Assembly: GCA_043228905.1 (NCBI GenBank)
Contig: JBHGNT010000003.1
Location: forward strand, 12,338,001-12,402,000
Origin: Azolla caroliniana
Lineage: Eukaryota > Plantae > Polypodiophyta
Length of the DNA: 64,000 bases
Reading direction: 5' to 3'
Within the stretch, counting starts at the first letter, position 1. The number at the start of each line of letters is the position of its first letter. The notes under the pieces were generated by a model. The model worked only from the letters and a program-made list of their open reading frames with translations. It did not search any database and was not told the origin of the DNA. Positions 1 to 12,757 of the stretch are shown here, in pieces. The translations under genes were made by a program, and so were the position numbers.

Positions 1-1582
1 CCCGAAGCCAAGGGAAGTTGATGTGGCCGAACCACTTGTGTCACAAGTCCATGTTCGATTCGACTTTTTCCCCCTTATCGAACATAGTGGTGCCGACGTC
101 ATTTGTTTCGAGGATAAACATCCTCCCTTCTCGGAGCTTTTAAGAGATGATCTTGCCTTCTTCTTCGATGAAGCACCCGAGATGAGTAAATCTAACGTGC
201 ATGACTTGGTCAACAATTCGTCCGATCAACACCAAGTTCTTGTTGATTGTCACCACATGCAAGACATTCCTCATAATTCGCTTCTGGCCGACCTGGCTCA
301 GAGGGACATCTCCGATGTGTTCGATGGGGTGAGGGGTGTAAGCACCGGTTTCGACGACCCCCGGCTCCTCCGACATTTCCAGAAGTCGAGCACCACTCCT
401 TGTTAATCGTCATGTGGTTTGATGCGCCTGAATCCACATACCACCCCTTATTCGACTTTGAGTTGTTCATCGCCATTGAGTTGGCTTTGTGGTTCACCAC
501 CAAGGTTAGGCCCAATCCATTTCTGGCTCCTCCTGAGCCCTCGGCGTAGTGTGACCTTTGATGTCTCTCTGCATCCCCTCACCTCGATTCAGCTATGTCC
601 GAAACGGCTCACTTTTTCCAGCACTTACTCTCTATGTGGCCCTTCCGGCCACAATACCAACAGTTTGACGTGGCTTTTTCTTGCCGACCTTCAGCATCGC
701 CTTGACTCTCCCTAACCTTGGAGGGTCTGGAACTGTTGTCGCATTTTGATTATGCCTCAAGTTTTGCTCCTGTCGGCCACTTCCATAACGTGCCGACCTA
801 CCTCTGTGTACAACATCTTGATGTTGGTGTGCGTACTCGTCGACACACCAGAGTGGTTTTATTCTACAAGCAACATTGATTGTAGCTCGAAAAACGAAGG
901 TGTATTCTCCCTCGTGCAGACTACCACTCGGAGTGCTCTGAACTTTGACAGCAACCCTTGGAGGCAAACCTGCACCATTTCGTCATCCCCGACGTAGGCG
1001 AGGGAGTTAGAGATCTCCTTGAGCTTGGAGGTGTACTCAGCCACCAGCATGTCTCTTTGGTGGACGTTGGTCACCTCGTGTCTAAGCTGAAGCTTTTTAG
1101 GCAATGGTGCTCGCGGCGAAAATCTTCTTCAGATTTCCTCAAGCATCCTTGTGTGTAACTCAAAGCTTATCGCGAATGTAACTCAAAGCTTATCGCTCAC
1201 CAAGGATGCGAAGTAGTCGAGAACTCTGCTTGCCACCTATTCCCGGGCTGGGAAATCTCTGTGTGTCAACTCAGGTGCTACATCATTAGCAATTTAGGTC
1301 CTTCGACATAACTGTTGTAACTGTTCCCAAGCAGGTACTAGTCCATCAATACTTGAATGCTCATAAATGAGCTTGATACTAATTCGGCCTATAATATTCC
1401 TATTTATTATAATAGGAATATAGGCCTTTGACGACCTTTTTTGGATTTCATCCGATTTGGCACATCCGAATCAAACTCTATTCGATTCGGCTCTTCGGTT
1501 TTTGGTTCTTCGCTCTCAAATCTCGGCTCTCGGCTCTCGGCTCTTTAGCCGAATCGGCCCAAGTTGAGCTTGTCTCTCAACA
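1..1582 (-). mobile_element. Decayed Ty1/copia (family A) 5' part: partial 5' LTR, gag and protease; runs off the window start
   Basis: Minus-strand fragments KLQLRHEV..EYTSKLKEI (gag), WYVDSGASNHM (protease), VLHVVTINKNLV. LTR piece ~1345-1582 matches 11120-11328 and starts TGTTGAGAGACAAGCTCAAC on the minus strand. PBS and gag start are deleted. Confidence 0.85.
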
Positions 1583-2060
1583 TCGATGTCGAATCTACAT
1601 TGCAAACCTTAGCGGCAAGAGCAAAGGATTCGACCGCCTTTTCGGCATTAGAATCAGAATCGGACAACGACAGAATGACGAGAGGAGTGCCAAGTCCAAT
1701 TATCTTTCTAGTCATGGCACAACGGAGGAGCCAAAAGAGGAGGTGTTAGAATCGAAAACGCTAGTAGATTCGGATATTAAGAAACCAACACCACCAGCGG
1801 GATCGGGGACAGAGATACCAACACCATCGGTAGCAGAAGAAATTCCGCCACAAACACCACTGCCCACGATACAACGTGTTGACGAAGAGGACACTATGCC
1901 ATTTCCTTACCCGAAATATAATGAAGAACCAAACGCAAAAGCCCATGTAAGAGAATTCCTAATGAAATGGAAAGTAAATCATGTCTCACAATGACTTTTA
2001 GAGGAGGAAACAGAGAAATAAAAAATTCCAGAAATCGAATTATCGTTGTAGGGACATGCC
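1583..2060 (+). pseudogene. Ty3/gypsy gag N-terminal fragment, related to the 20394-30903 family
   Basis: ESTLQTLA..SALESESD and MPFPYPKYNEEPNAKAHVREFLMKWKVNHVSQ resemble ESLLQVLA..SAYESDSE and FQYSKY..VEAHVHAFEQTWEANHVS at ~29730-30200. Confidence 0.7.
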
Positions 2061-2062
2061 AT

Positions 2063-2475
2063 TATTGGTGGGTTTGGAGGACTGCGGTGTGAAAAGGCTA
2101 AAGGAAAATTAGAGGCCAAATGGACAAAAGTGTTGAGAATTAGGTTCCTTTGGATGAGCCGAATTTCGGGGAGAGGAAACAGCTACACAGTCGGCTGCCA
2201 GAGGTATGTGAGACGGATCAGATGGATCTTACTTAGCACCAGACGAAGTTAGGATAAGTATTCAGAAAATTCACAAATGTAAATAGGTTTTGGTTGAGCC
2301 TATTTAGGACAGTTGTGTAAATAGCCCAGAAGTTATCTAAGTATAAAGATAACTAGGGCAAACTTTATGAAGTGAGTTGAGTCATCTTGTTCATTTTCTA
2401 GTTGAGTGCGTATGTCTTTAATTGTGAGTACAATGCGTGCGAGGTTGTTGCCTCTATAGTAGAACAGACTAAGCG

Positions 2476-2508
<33 letters not shown>

Positions 2509-3605
2509 AAAAGAGCAAGAGTATCTCTGTTGTAACCACCTGTTGGCGAGGAGTACAAGCCGATACCTGTGAGTTTGTTATGTTGTACTTTTCTCTCATA
2601 GTGATTTGTTCGGTGTTTGTGGGCACCCGTGGTTTTAACCCGATTTGGGGTTTTCCATGTTAATATCTTGTGTACTTTCATTTCTGTTCTCTTCTGTATT
2701 TTCTTGTACCCATTTTGCATTTGACTCTATTATGGCCGAGTTCCTATTTTATCGTATCAAACTAGTATCAGAGCTAAGTTCAGGAAAAATGGAAGATTCA
2801 AGCTAACCGGCTCCAACTATTCAGTGTGGAAGTCGATGATGAGAGATATGCTTGTATGCAAAGATCTGATGCTACAGTACAACTCAGAAGTAAAAGACTA
2901 GACAAGATTGATGCATCTACTTGGGAAGTATTGTATCCAAAGGCAAAAACATACATTAGGTGTTTTATACACATGATTCTATACAACAACTTCGATGATG
3001 AGAACAAGGCGGATGTCCTATGGGAGAAGATCAACATCATGTTCGAGAACAAAATTGCTGAAATAGAGTCTTAATTTTCGAAAAGATCGTGAGACTTCGG
3101 TATCACGATGACTCCAATATGGCAAAGAATCTAAATGCCTTCCAAGGACTCATAAACCAAACCACCTCTCTAGAAGTACCTCTAGCCGATGAGGTATTAG
3201 CACTTTTATTGCCGGAATCCCTTCTGGACAGTTGGGAGACACACGTCACACTGGGACTTGCCAAACCGGAAGGGAAACATTTGACCCTACAGAAGGTGAA
3301 GTCGAGCTTGCTAAATGAGGAAGCCCGTCAAAAGGATAAGGAGGTAATTTTTTCCCTGAAGGCTCTAGTCACGAAAAGTGATGCACATAGAGGAAGGGAT
3401 AAGTCAATAATGACGTCGAAGTCGAGGGGAAGGCCTACATGCATTTACTCTGGAAAGACAGTGCACTTCCAGAAGAATTGCTAACACTTCCGAAAGGAGA
3501 ACCAAGGAGCCGACGGTGCCGACTTGAAGAAGAGTTCGGATGAGAAAGGCACATCATCTATCGCGACAAGTGAGGAGGAATTGTTGTTCATAAGTGAGTA
3601 GAACA
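2063..3605 (+). mobile_element. Truncated Tnt1/Tork-like Ty1/copia: 5' LTR (~2063-2759), degenerate tRNA-iMet PBS, decayed gag
   Basis: LTR ends TATCA at 2759, followed by AACTAGTATCAGAGC. Gag ORFs 2826-3074 and 3089-3484 (EVLALLLPESLLDSWET, VKSSLLNEEAR, degenerate zinc knuckle). Left LTR boundary is approximate. Confidence 0.75.
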
Positions 3606-3632
3606 AATTCTCGTCTATCTCTCAAGACTCCC

Positions 3633-6292
3633 AACACGTTCGCATTCACAAGTGGAAGGATCGCGCATTCCATTTATAGATTCCTTTTATAATCTTGCGA
3701 TTTTAAACAATTTTCAAAAACTTGATACACCAATATCACATGTTTTAAATAACATGTAAAATTTGCTAATTTTTTGAGATTTAACAAGTTTCAAAATGAT
3801 AATTTCTAAAATTGAATAGTTTTTCAGTCAATGTTTAAATGTTGATGGTTTGCACATATGAAATGTAGTTAACTTAAAGAAAATCACAATGGTTACCTCA
3901 AGGCACAAGTTAAGATTAATGGTTTCACCATCTTCATGAGATTAAGGTTACATCTTTTGTTAGACTTGAAAATGTTTTAAGTATAAGAGGTAACATTGCA
4001 ATCCTTAATGTCATCATCTATAAATTTAGTGCTCATTAACAAGAAATGGTAGAAAATATTCATAAACAATTTTGATAAATCCCACAACTCCTAAAATGTA
4101 GATGATATTCATAAACTATCAAAACTGTCAAACTTTAGATGTGAACATTAATATATCAATTTGAACATATCACACAGTTATCACAGTATCTACAATGTTA
4201 TCCTCTTCTTCCTTTTGAGAATTCCCCTACAAAATTTGTGAAGTTCAATTACCATCAATACAATTATTAATGTTTTTTTGCTAATCAATAAGCACATGTT
4301 CACCAAAAGGAATCTTATTGTGCAACATACATCTTTGTAGTATCGATATGTATCTTTTTCCCTTGTAAAAACATAGATTTTATTATAATTTGAGTTCATG
4401 TTTAAAAAACCTCTTTTATTTGAAAAACAAGAAGTTTTTTAAATATGAACTCGATATGTTGTATCGAGTTGATGCAAAAAACAGAGTTTTGACCATAATT
4501 CCATACAATGTATTGAATTCATGTTCAAAGTTTTTTTTACCAAATTTAAAAAAAATTAATAATAATAAGTTGAGCTTGAGTTCATATAAAAACCAGATTT
4601 TTCATCACAATTTGATACAATGTATCGAGTTCATGTTTAAAGTATATTTTTCTAGTTTTTTTCAATTATTTTGGATTTGTTTCAATTTTATTTATTGAAA
4701 AAAATAATTGTAACATGAATTTGATACATTTTATCGACTTATAATGAGAACTCTGTTTTTTTCATCATTTATTAAAGGTCAAAAAAAAATTCAAAAAATT
4801 GTTTTTTTCGAAAAAAAAATTTGAGCTTTAATAAATGATGAAAAAACCAAAGTTTTCATCACAAGTCGATACAATGTATCCAATTGATGTTTAAAATTAT
4901 TTTTTTCCCATAAAAAAATTTGAAAAAAAATTAGAGAAATATACTTTAAAGATGAACTCCATACATTATATCGAATTGTGATGAAAAATCTGGTTTTTAT
5001 ATGAACTCAAGCTCAACTTATTATTATTAAATTTTTTTAAAAATCCGGTAAAAAAAACTTTACACATGAATTCAATACATTGTATGGAATTATGATCAAA
5101 ACTCTGTTTTTTACATCTACTCAATACAACATATCGAGGTCATGTTTAAAAATCTTCTTATTTTTCAAATAAAAGAGGTTTTTTAAACATGAACTTAAAT
5201 TATATTGAAATCTATGTTTTTACAAGAGAAAATGATGCATATCGATACTGCAAAGATGTATGTTGCATAACAAGATACCTTATGGTGAACATGTGCATCA
5301 TTGATTAACAAAAAACCATTAATAACCATTAATAATTGTGTTAATGGTAATTGAACCTTGTAAATGTCATTTACATGGTCTATAAAGTATTCTCATGGTT
5401 CTCAATGACCACTTCAAGCACTCAATGTTGATCTTCATAGTTTGGTTCATCTACAATAGAGAAACATTTATGTGGAACAAAGGATAACAACACGAGCATA
5501 ACTCAGGTGACAAGGAAACTTGGAAGAACTCAAGGTGGGGATATTAATAACTACACATGTAGATGGCCATGAGCTAGGGTACCAATTCTGCATTGGTAAA
5601 GTTTTGGACATGATGATGCATTAAATCTTTGCAATACATCTATTATTGACATTAGTTAGGTGGATATCATTGTGTATGACTTTACACTGACAAAAGTTGG
5701 ATGTTTAAGGACAACAACGATATACATAATAAAAGAGGTATTACCAAGTCTAGAAGATGTCTCAGATTGAAGGTGAAGAAGATTTATTTCACACAATTTG
5801 GAGAGACCATTTGGTGAAGACAATGATTTGATTGGTACATTTGAAAATGAGGAGGAAGAATCACAATTGTATATTATCTATAGTAGTGATTCTCATGAAA
5901 AGAATGATGATATTTATGCAAATAACTCCCAAATGTATTTGTTGTGCAACTATGTGTAACAAATTTAGACAACATTTTATCGAATGAAATAAAAACGTTC
6001 ATTGTTTTGAAATCCTTTGCTTTTGATTTCTTTAAGATCTAAAAACTTATTAGTTGTCATTTTTCTTTAAACATGCACAAAGTTACTTTTCGTATTTGAC
6101 CAAAATTTGGTATTTTTTCAATTTTACCAAATGGTGAAAATTTCAACTTTTTCATCAAGTTTTAGAGAACATGTGATACCAGCCAGTATCAAGGTGTTTT
6201 GTGAAATGAAAAAAAAAAACCCAAAATAAAACGGAATATTCCATATCCTTCCACTTATGCGTGATCCTTCCACTTGTGAACGCGAACGTGTT
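3633..6292. mobile_element. Non-autonomous TIR DNA transposon with 4-bp TSD (possibly Sola superfamily)
   Basis: 36-bp terminal inverted repeats AACACGTTCGCATTCACAAGTGGAAGGATCGCGCAT / ATGCGTGATCCTTCCACTTGTGAACGCGAACGTGTT with 2 mismatches. TCCC duplicated at 3629-3632 and 6293-6296. AT-rich body. Superfamily is inferred from TSD length only. Confidence 0.85.
4240..5358. repeat. Long central inverted repeat (about 560-bp arms, centre ~4800)
   Basis: For example TAATAATAAGTTGAGCTTGAGTTCATATAAAAACCAGATTTTTCATCACAATT (~4560-4612) is reverse-complemented at ~4974-5026. Arms align out to ~4240/5358. Confidence 0.9.
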
Positions 6293-9200
6293 TCCCCCTC
6301 AACCTCAACTTGAAGTCCTATCGTGTCAGCTCAAACTTGCTCATCATTCCAGCCTCTCCTGGCATCCCGACACCACGTTTGCGCTCCTCGTCCAGGTCAG
6401 CCTTGCATCCAACAACCCCTTCGGTCCGTCGCTCCTCAACTCATCTGGTTCTGTGCACCTCGACCCCTACGGTCAATTTGTTTGCTCCATTGACCCAACT
6501 CAGCTTTGTTGATGTCGCGGTGTCGATGTAGGCTTCACCGCCTCCTTGTCTGCTTGGCCAATCGATTTGGCTCCTCCGAATCAAACATTTTGATTGAGTA
6601 GGATTCCGATTCACTTTGACTCTTGACCGAATCACCTATCTCTGATTCGTCCTCTTCTTGACCCTTGACCACCTCTGCCCATGTCTTGGTCTTGGCATTT
6701 GCTCAGTCAACTCTGTCCTTTTCAACTCTACCGCCTTTCTTGCCCTTCTCTTCTTCATCTCCCCTGGGTTCGGTTGGCTCTTGCTTCGGCTCTCTCTTTC
6801 GACCGCTCCCCCTACATGTGGCTAGTCTTTGCTTAGTCGATCTCCTTCCACATGTCCATGCGTCCTGGGCTTCTCTAGCCAATCCGGACATTTCGACTTC
6901 TTCAGTCGTGCCGAAATCGAATTCTCCATCCGATTGTCTTTTCAAACTTCGTCTCTCTCCTTTTCGGCTTCATTCCTCCCCGTCAAGATCGGCATATCGA
7001 GGTGCTATATGCCAAGCATGCCCGAAAATTGCTGCAACTTGTCTAGGCCAAGAGGTTTGGTGAAGATATCGGCAACCTACCAATCGGTTGGAACATAAAC
7101 AAGTGCGAATTCACCAAAGAGATCTCACTCACTCACTCGATGTGCTTTGTCTGAGCGTGGAAGACGGGGTTCTTTGCTAATTGGATGTTGCTAAGGTCGT
7201 CACAGTATATGATTGTCGGCTTGACCACCTCAACATGCAGATCCTTTAATAGACTTTTGAGCCAAATGGCTTCGCACATGGCGACAACTACTCCTCAATA
7301 CTCGGCCTCAGTGCTTGACAATGCCATTCTCGACTGCTTTTTAGTGCTCCAGGCGATCGTGGCGCTTCCCAATAAAAACACGAATCCAGATGTTGACCTA
7401 CGATTGCCAGCATTTCTAGCCCAATCAACATCCATGTAGCCAACTAACTCATCGGCCACGCCTGCCCGATAAAACAACGCCCTATCCTTAGTGCCGCTAA
7501 CAGACCTCAATATCCTTTGTGCGCATTGAAGGTGTTCGGCCTTTGGCTGCGACATGAATTGACTAATCCAGCCAACTCGGTAACCTGAGGTTCGTCCGAG
7601 TGATCATCAAATAAATGAGGCCTCCGACAATTTGTTAGAACCATCTCGGCTCGCAATTCGTTCCCGAATTTTGGGAAAAGCTTCAGGTTTCTGACGAGAT
7701 GGGTTGAGATGGACTTTACAATCCACCATCCCGAACTTGAAGAGCATATTGAACTCATAATGGCGTTGGCTGATCAATATGGCTTCGAGGGTTCGAATCA
7801 CTTAGATCCCGAGGAAGTAATGAAGGTCCCCCACATCCTTCATTTCGAATGATGTCGAGGCCTTTCCATCGGATAAAAATCCGGGGGGTTGTACCATGTA
7901 TACCTATTCCTCAAGATCGCCTTGTAGGAACATGTTCTTTACATCCATTTGATGTATGTGCCACCCCTTTGTTGTGGCAACCGCCAGCAAGACATGGACA
8001 GTTGTCATCTTTGCGACAAGCGTGAAAGTCTTATCGTAATCGATGTCGTGTTTCTATGTGTAGCCCTTTGCCACGGTTTAGGCCTTATATCCATTGACCA
8101 AGCCGCCTGCGTTGTACTTGACCTTGTACACCCACCTGCATCCGATCGGCTTCACACCCTTGGGGGCGTCAACCAGGTCCCAAGTCTCTTTCTCCGTTAG
8201 CGCGTGCATCTCTTCCTCCATAGCGACAAGCCAATTCGTGTCCTTCGCCGCTTCTATGTAGCTCACCGGCTCACACACATTTGCCACCTTCACCATATAT
8301 GCATAATGATGCGCCATATACTCATTATACTGATACCAAATTACAGGATTCTTCTAGTGGGTGGATTGGCGTAACTTTTGGTTCCCTGATTTTGTGGCCC
8401 TCTCAGCCGACTTTGACCTTGTCTTGAGAGGTTCCTCTTTGCTCCTGGCCACATTGAATTCGGTTCGATCTGATGTGTCCCCCTTAGTGTCGTATTCTGA
8501 CATCTTCATATCCCAATTCTCCTTGCCCATAAATAGTCTCCTTGATTTCTGGCGCGGGGACTAAACGGCCAAGTCTCCACTACTCGCCGGCTCTTCCGAT
8601 TTGCTCTTCCTCAAGGGGCATCTCGGCCTCACTGGCCTCATCCTCAGAATTTAGAATGGAGTTGATGGGGATTGGAGATGAAGGCAAGTACCACGAAGCC
8701 CACTCGTCGTAAAGAACATCTCGGTTTTCTTGGACCTCTTTCATTCGAGGGTTATAACACTTATAACCCTTCTACTCATCCAAGTAGCTGACCAAGATAG
8801 ATTTTTCGGCTTTCACATCTAATTTCCACTGTTTTTCCTTCGGCACATGCACATATGCATGCTACCGAATACCCTTAAGTTTGCCAAATTCGGCTTCTTC
8901 CCAAATTACAGCTCGTGTGGCGACACTCCTCCATTTGTAGAAGTCCAATTCTGCAGGTATATCGCCATCCTGACGGCTTCACCCCTGTAGACTTTTATGC
9001 ATATGCTTGTCCCCAAGCATTGCCCTGGCCGCATCTTCAATTGTCTGATTCTTCCTCTTGGCCACGCCGTTCTACTACGACGTGTATATGCAGGAGAATT
9101 CACATCGAATTCCTTCCTTTTGCAGATAGCTAGAGAAATGGTCGGAAAAGTACTCTTTCCCACTATCGGACCTTAGGCACTTGATCTTTCAGGCTGTCTT

Positions 9201-11328
9201 CAATTCGGCAAGGCTTTTCACCTTCAAGAAGGAGGAGAATACTTCCCTTTTCTTCTCGATCAAGCACACACAAGTGTGCCGAGTGTAGTCATCAATGAGG
9301 GTTACAAAGTAATGATTTCCACCAATACTCACATTCTGCACAAATCCCCATACATCTGAATGGATTAAATTGAGCTTGTTTTGGCTATGAATTCTTCGAT
9401 TTGTCTTCGCAGACTTGGCCCTTCCGACCATTGAATTTCGGCAACCCGAAAACGAGGTTTTTCATCTGCATCTCCTGAAGCCACGTGAAGTTGATGCGGC
9501 CGAACCGCTTGTGCCACAAGTTGATGTCCAATTCAACTTTTTGCCAAACATCATCCCTCCTCGGCGCACTTGCGCGATGATCTTGCCTTCTTCTTCGATG
9601 AAGCACACCAGATGAGTAAAGTGAACTTGCATGCATTGGTCAACAATTTGTCCGACCGACACCAAGTTCTTCGTGATTTTGGGCCCATGCCATACATTCC
9701 TCATGATTCCTTTCTAGCTGACCTAGCTCAGATGGACATCTCTGATGTGTTCGATGGGGTGAGGGGTGTCATAGCAAGTTTCGACAACTCCCAACTACTC
9801 CGGTCTTTCCAGAGACAAGAATCACTCCTTGTTATTCGTCATGTGGTTCGATGCACCCGAATCCACATACCACACCTCCTTCGACTCTAAGGTGTTCACC
9901 ACCATTAACATGGCTTTGTGCTTCATCACGAAGGTTGGGCCCGATCCATTTTTGGCTCCTCCTCAGCCCTCGGTGTAATGCGATCTTTGACGCCTATTTG
10001 GGTCCCCTCGGCTCAATTCCGCTTTGTCCGAATCGGCTTGGATTTCTAGCACTCGCTCTCTCTATGGCCCTTCTGGCCACAGTACCAACAGCCCGACACG
10101 ACTTTTCTTGCCGACCTCCGGAGCCACCTCGACTCCCCCTACCCATGGAGGGTCCAGAATTGTGGTCGACATTTCAATTATCCCTTGACTTCAGCTCCTG
10201 TCGGCCACTTCCATTACACGCTCACCCACCTCATCCACCACGACTATGGGGCCAATCCGCCTTTGTGTACATCAGCTTGATGTTGGTGTGCGTACTCTTC
10301 GACGCACCCGAGTGGTTTTCTTCTACGAGAAACATCGATTGTAGCTCAAAAAACCCTTGTCCAGACCGCCATTCGGAATGCTCCGAACTTCGATGCCAAC
10401 CCTTAGAGGCAAACCTACACCATTTCATCCTCCTAGATGTTCACTTTGATGGAGGCGAGGGAGTCGCAAATCTCCTTGATCTTGGAGGTGTACTCAGCCA
10501 CTGACATGTCTCTTTGTCGGACATCGCTTAGCTCTTGTCTGAGCTAAAGCTTTCTGGATGCGCTGCTCGTGGCAATAAACATCTTCAGATTTCCCCAAGC
10601 ATCCTTTGGCGTCCTAGCATCCTGAATGTAGCTCAAAAGTTGATTGCTCACATAGGATGCAAAGCAGTAGAAAACTTTGCTTGCCACCTATTCCCAGGCC
10701 GGGAAATCTCTGTGTGTCAACTCGGGTGATGCAACATTAGCTCCTTTGACATAACTCCAGTAACTGTGCCCGAGCAGGTACTGGTGCATCTTGTACGACT
10801 AAGATGCATAGTTGCTCCTATCGAGCTTTTCAGTTAGAAGTGAGTTTCCCATTGCTCTGTCCATGTTCCGGTCTTTTCTTTCTGAAAATGAGAAAGCTTG
10901 GCTCTGTCTTGTTCGCTTGCTGTAGCGGAGTTTCAACCCCTCACACTCTGATACCATGAAAAAGAATACGTGTGCGGAAGCTTGTGCGATACACACCGAG
11001 TACATAGTTGGTTTAGGAAACTCGACAATTAGGTAAACACAGAGAATGGATACACAGTGAGAGAGTGCACTTTATATACAAGCCCTTGACGAGCGGGCTG
11101 ACACAAGTACCATCAGTACTTGAATGCTCATAAATGAGCCTGACACTAATTATGCCTACAATATTCCTATTTACTAGAATAGGAATACATGCCCTCAACA
11201 ACCTTTTTTGGATTTCATCTGACTCAGCACCCCCGAATCCATCTCTATTCAATTCGGCTCTTCGGCTCTCAACTCTCGGCCCTCGGCTCTTCAAGCAATT
11301 CAGCCCATGTTGAGCTTATCTCTCAACA
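6293..11328 (-). mobile_element. Decayed near-full-length Ty1/copia (family A); 3' LTR almost entirely lost
   Basis: 5' LTR 10957-11328, PBS TGGTATCAGAGT (10945-10956), fragmented gag, protease, integrase (IHSDVWG), RT (ETWDLVDAPKGVKPIGCRWVYK), RNase H (GYMDVDWARN), PPT at 6293-6300. Many stops and deletions. Confidence 0.9.
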
Positions 11329-12351
11329 CGTTGAAGAATAGTGTCACCTATCTCTCGAATGGATGAGTACATGCCAATGAGACTTGAAGGCCACTTGAAA
11401 TGAAACAATTGTTGGGGCGGAATGAAAAGGACAATGGAGGCGGTGACGATGCAACATGTTGATGGCATCTACTACTCGGTGTCGGCAAGCATCAAGGTCG
11501 GAGAGGATAAGAACCCCAAGACGGGAAACGGCGTTGGCTTTTCACCGATATTGTTGGAAGGCTTCTCTAGAGAGAAGTTGAAGAGAGCTGGGTCTGAAGG
11601 TTACTGGATGGAACGATCTAGTGGAGGAAAAGACCAGCTTTGTAGAAGTTGCATGCCAGAACTACAGAGTTTTGGTTGACGACAAATGGGTCAGGAAGGC
11701 CAAAGGGGCAGGACCTTCATGGAGATATGACACCCGAAATGGGTCAAAGAAAGACAACGGGGTCTGACTGACCTGCAAGAGAAAGAAAAGGGAAAATTTC
11801 GAAGCTTCCATCGGAGCTCGGAAATAGAGAAGTCTACAGGTGTATGGAAGGACTTGGAAAAGCAAATCCTTGACAGTCGGGTGGAATTCACACTGCGAGA
11901 AGTATTGGAAATAACCAAAAAGGAATTGCACGATAGGATAATCGATCTTGTGAGGAGAAAGTGGCTCCCGATAGAGCGAGAGAATGAGCAACCAGTTGAT
12001 GTGAAGGCAACGATTATCGATGAAGTTACAAGACATGAGGAATACGCCGACAACCAATATATGAGGTCGCATTGGGCAAGGGCAATGATAGAAACTCCAG
12101 TTCCGATCGAGGATGTGAAGGACTCGGTTGTCGCATTAATCCACCATGGGTTAGAAATGAACCTAGTATCGTTAGACTTCTACAAGAAAGGGAAGTGTTC
12201 GATCAACACAAAGCACTAATGGAAGATACAAGTAGCAACCTGTGCCACAAACGAACTTCATGGAGTCTGACCAAGTGTTCGAGTAAAAGTTGGTGATGTC
12301 TAAATCGACCAATACTTCTTAATGCACGAGTCATCCTCCCATCAGGTGATC
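11329..12351 (+). pseudogene. Old Ty3/gypsy gag-protease fragment
   Basis: ORF 11854-12219: FTLREVLEITKKELHD..SHWARA..VVALIHHGLEMNLVS, a degenerate ALIDxGSExN retropepsin motif. Confidence 0.6.
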
Positions 12352-12757
12352 TGTTGGGAAATCAGTCCCTCCGGATGGGATCCGGTTATGAATGAAGAGG
12401 ACCCGGTGAGAACCGGAAGATATCCGAAAACCAGAGGTAAAAGACGTGCATCTTGAGAAGTGCACCAACTGCTTGGCCGACAAGCAAAACCAAACCCCCT
12501 TCTGGTCAAGACCACCGATGAGACGGAATGCACCACTAGAGCTGGTGCATACCGATGTGTGTCAAGTGGACACGAAATTACATGCCGGATCACAGTACTT
12601 CGTGACGTTCATAGATGACAATAGCCTAAAGCTCTGGGTCTCACCGTTGAAGAAGAAGAATCAGATGCTATCCGTCTTCAAGGAGCTCCAAGTGAGAGAG
12701 GAAAGAGAAACCGGCCAAAGCTGAAGGTGGTTCGAGCAGATAATGGAGGAAAATATC
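12352..12757 (+). mobile_element. LTR 5'-end fragment (~12352-12440) fused to a Tnt1/Tork-like copia integrase fragment
   Basis: TGTTGGGAAATCAGTCCCTCCGGATGGG matches the start of the solo LTR at 27538 (minus strand). ORF 12446-12724: CTNCLADKQ..LELVHTDVC..YFVTFIDD. Confidence 0.75.

Noticed and set aside
1156-1197. 19-bp direct repeat GTAACTCAAAGCTTATCGC
   Set aside because: Local repair or slippage scar in a dead gag; no wider pattern.
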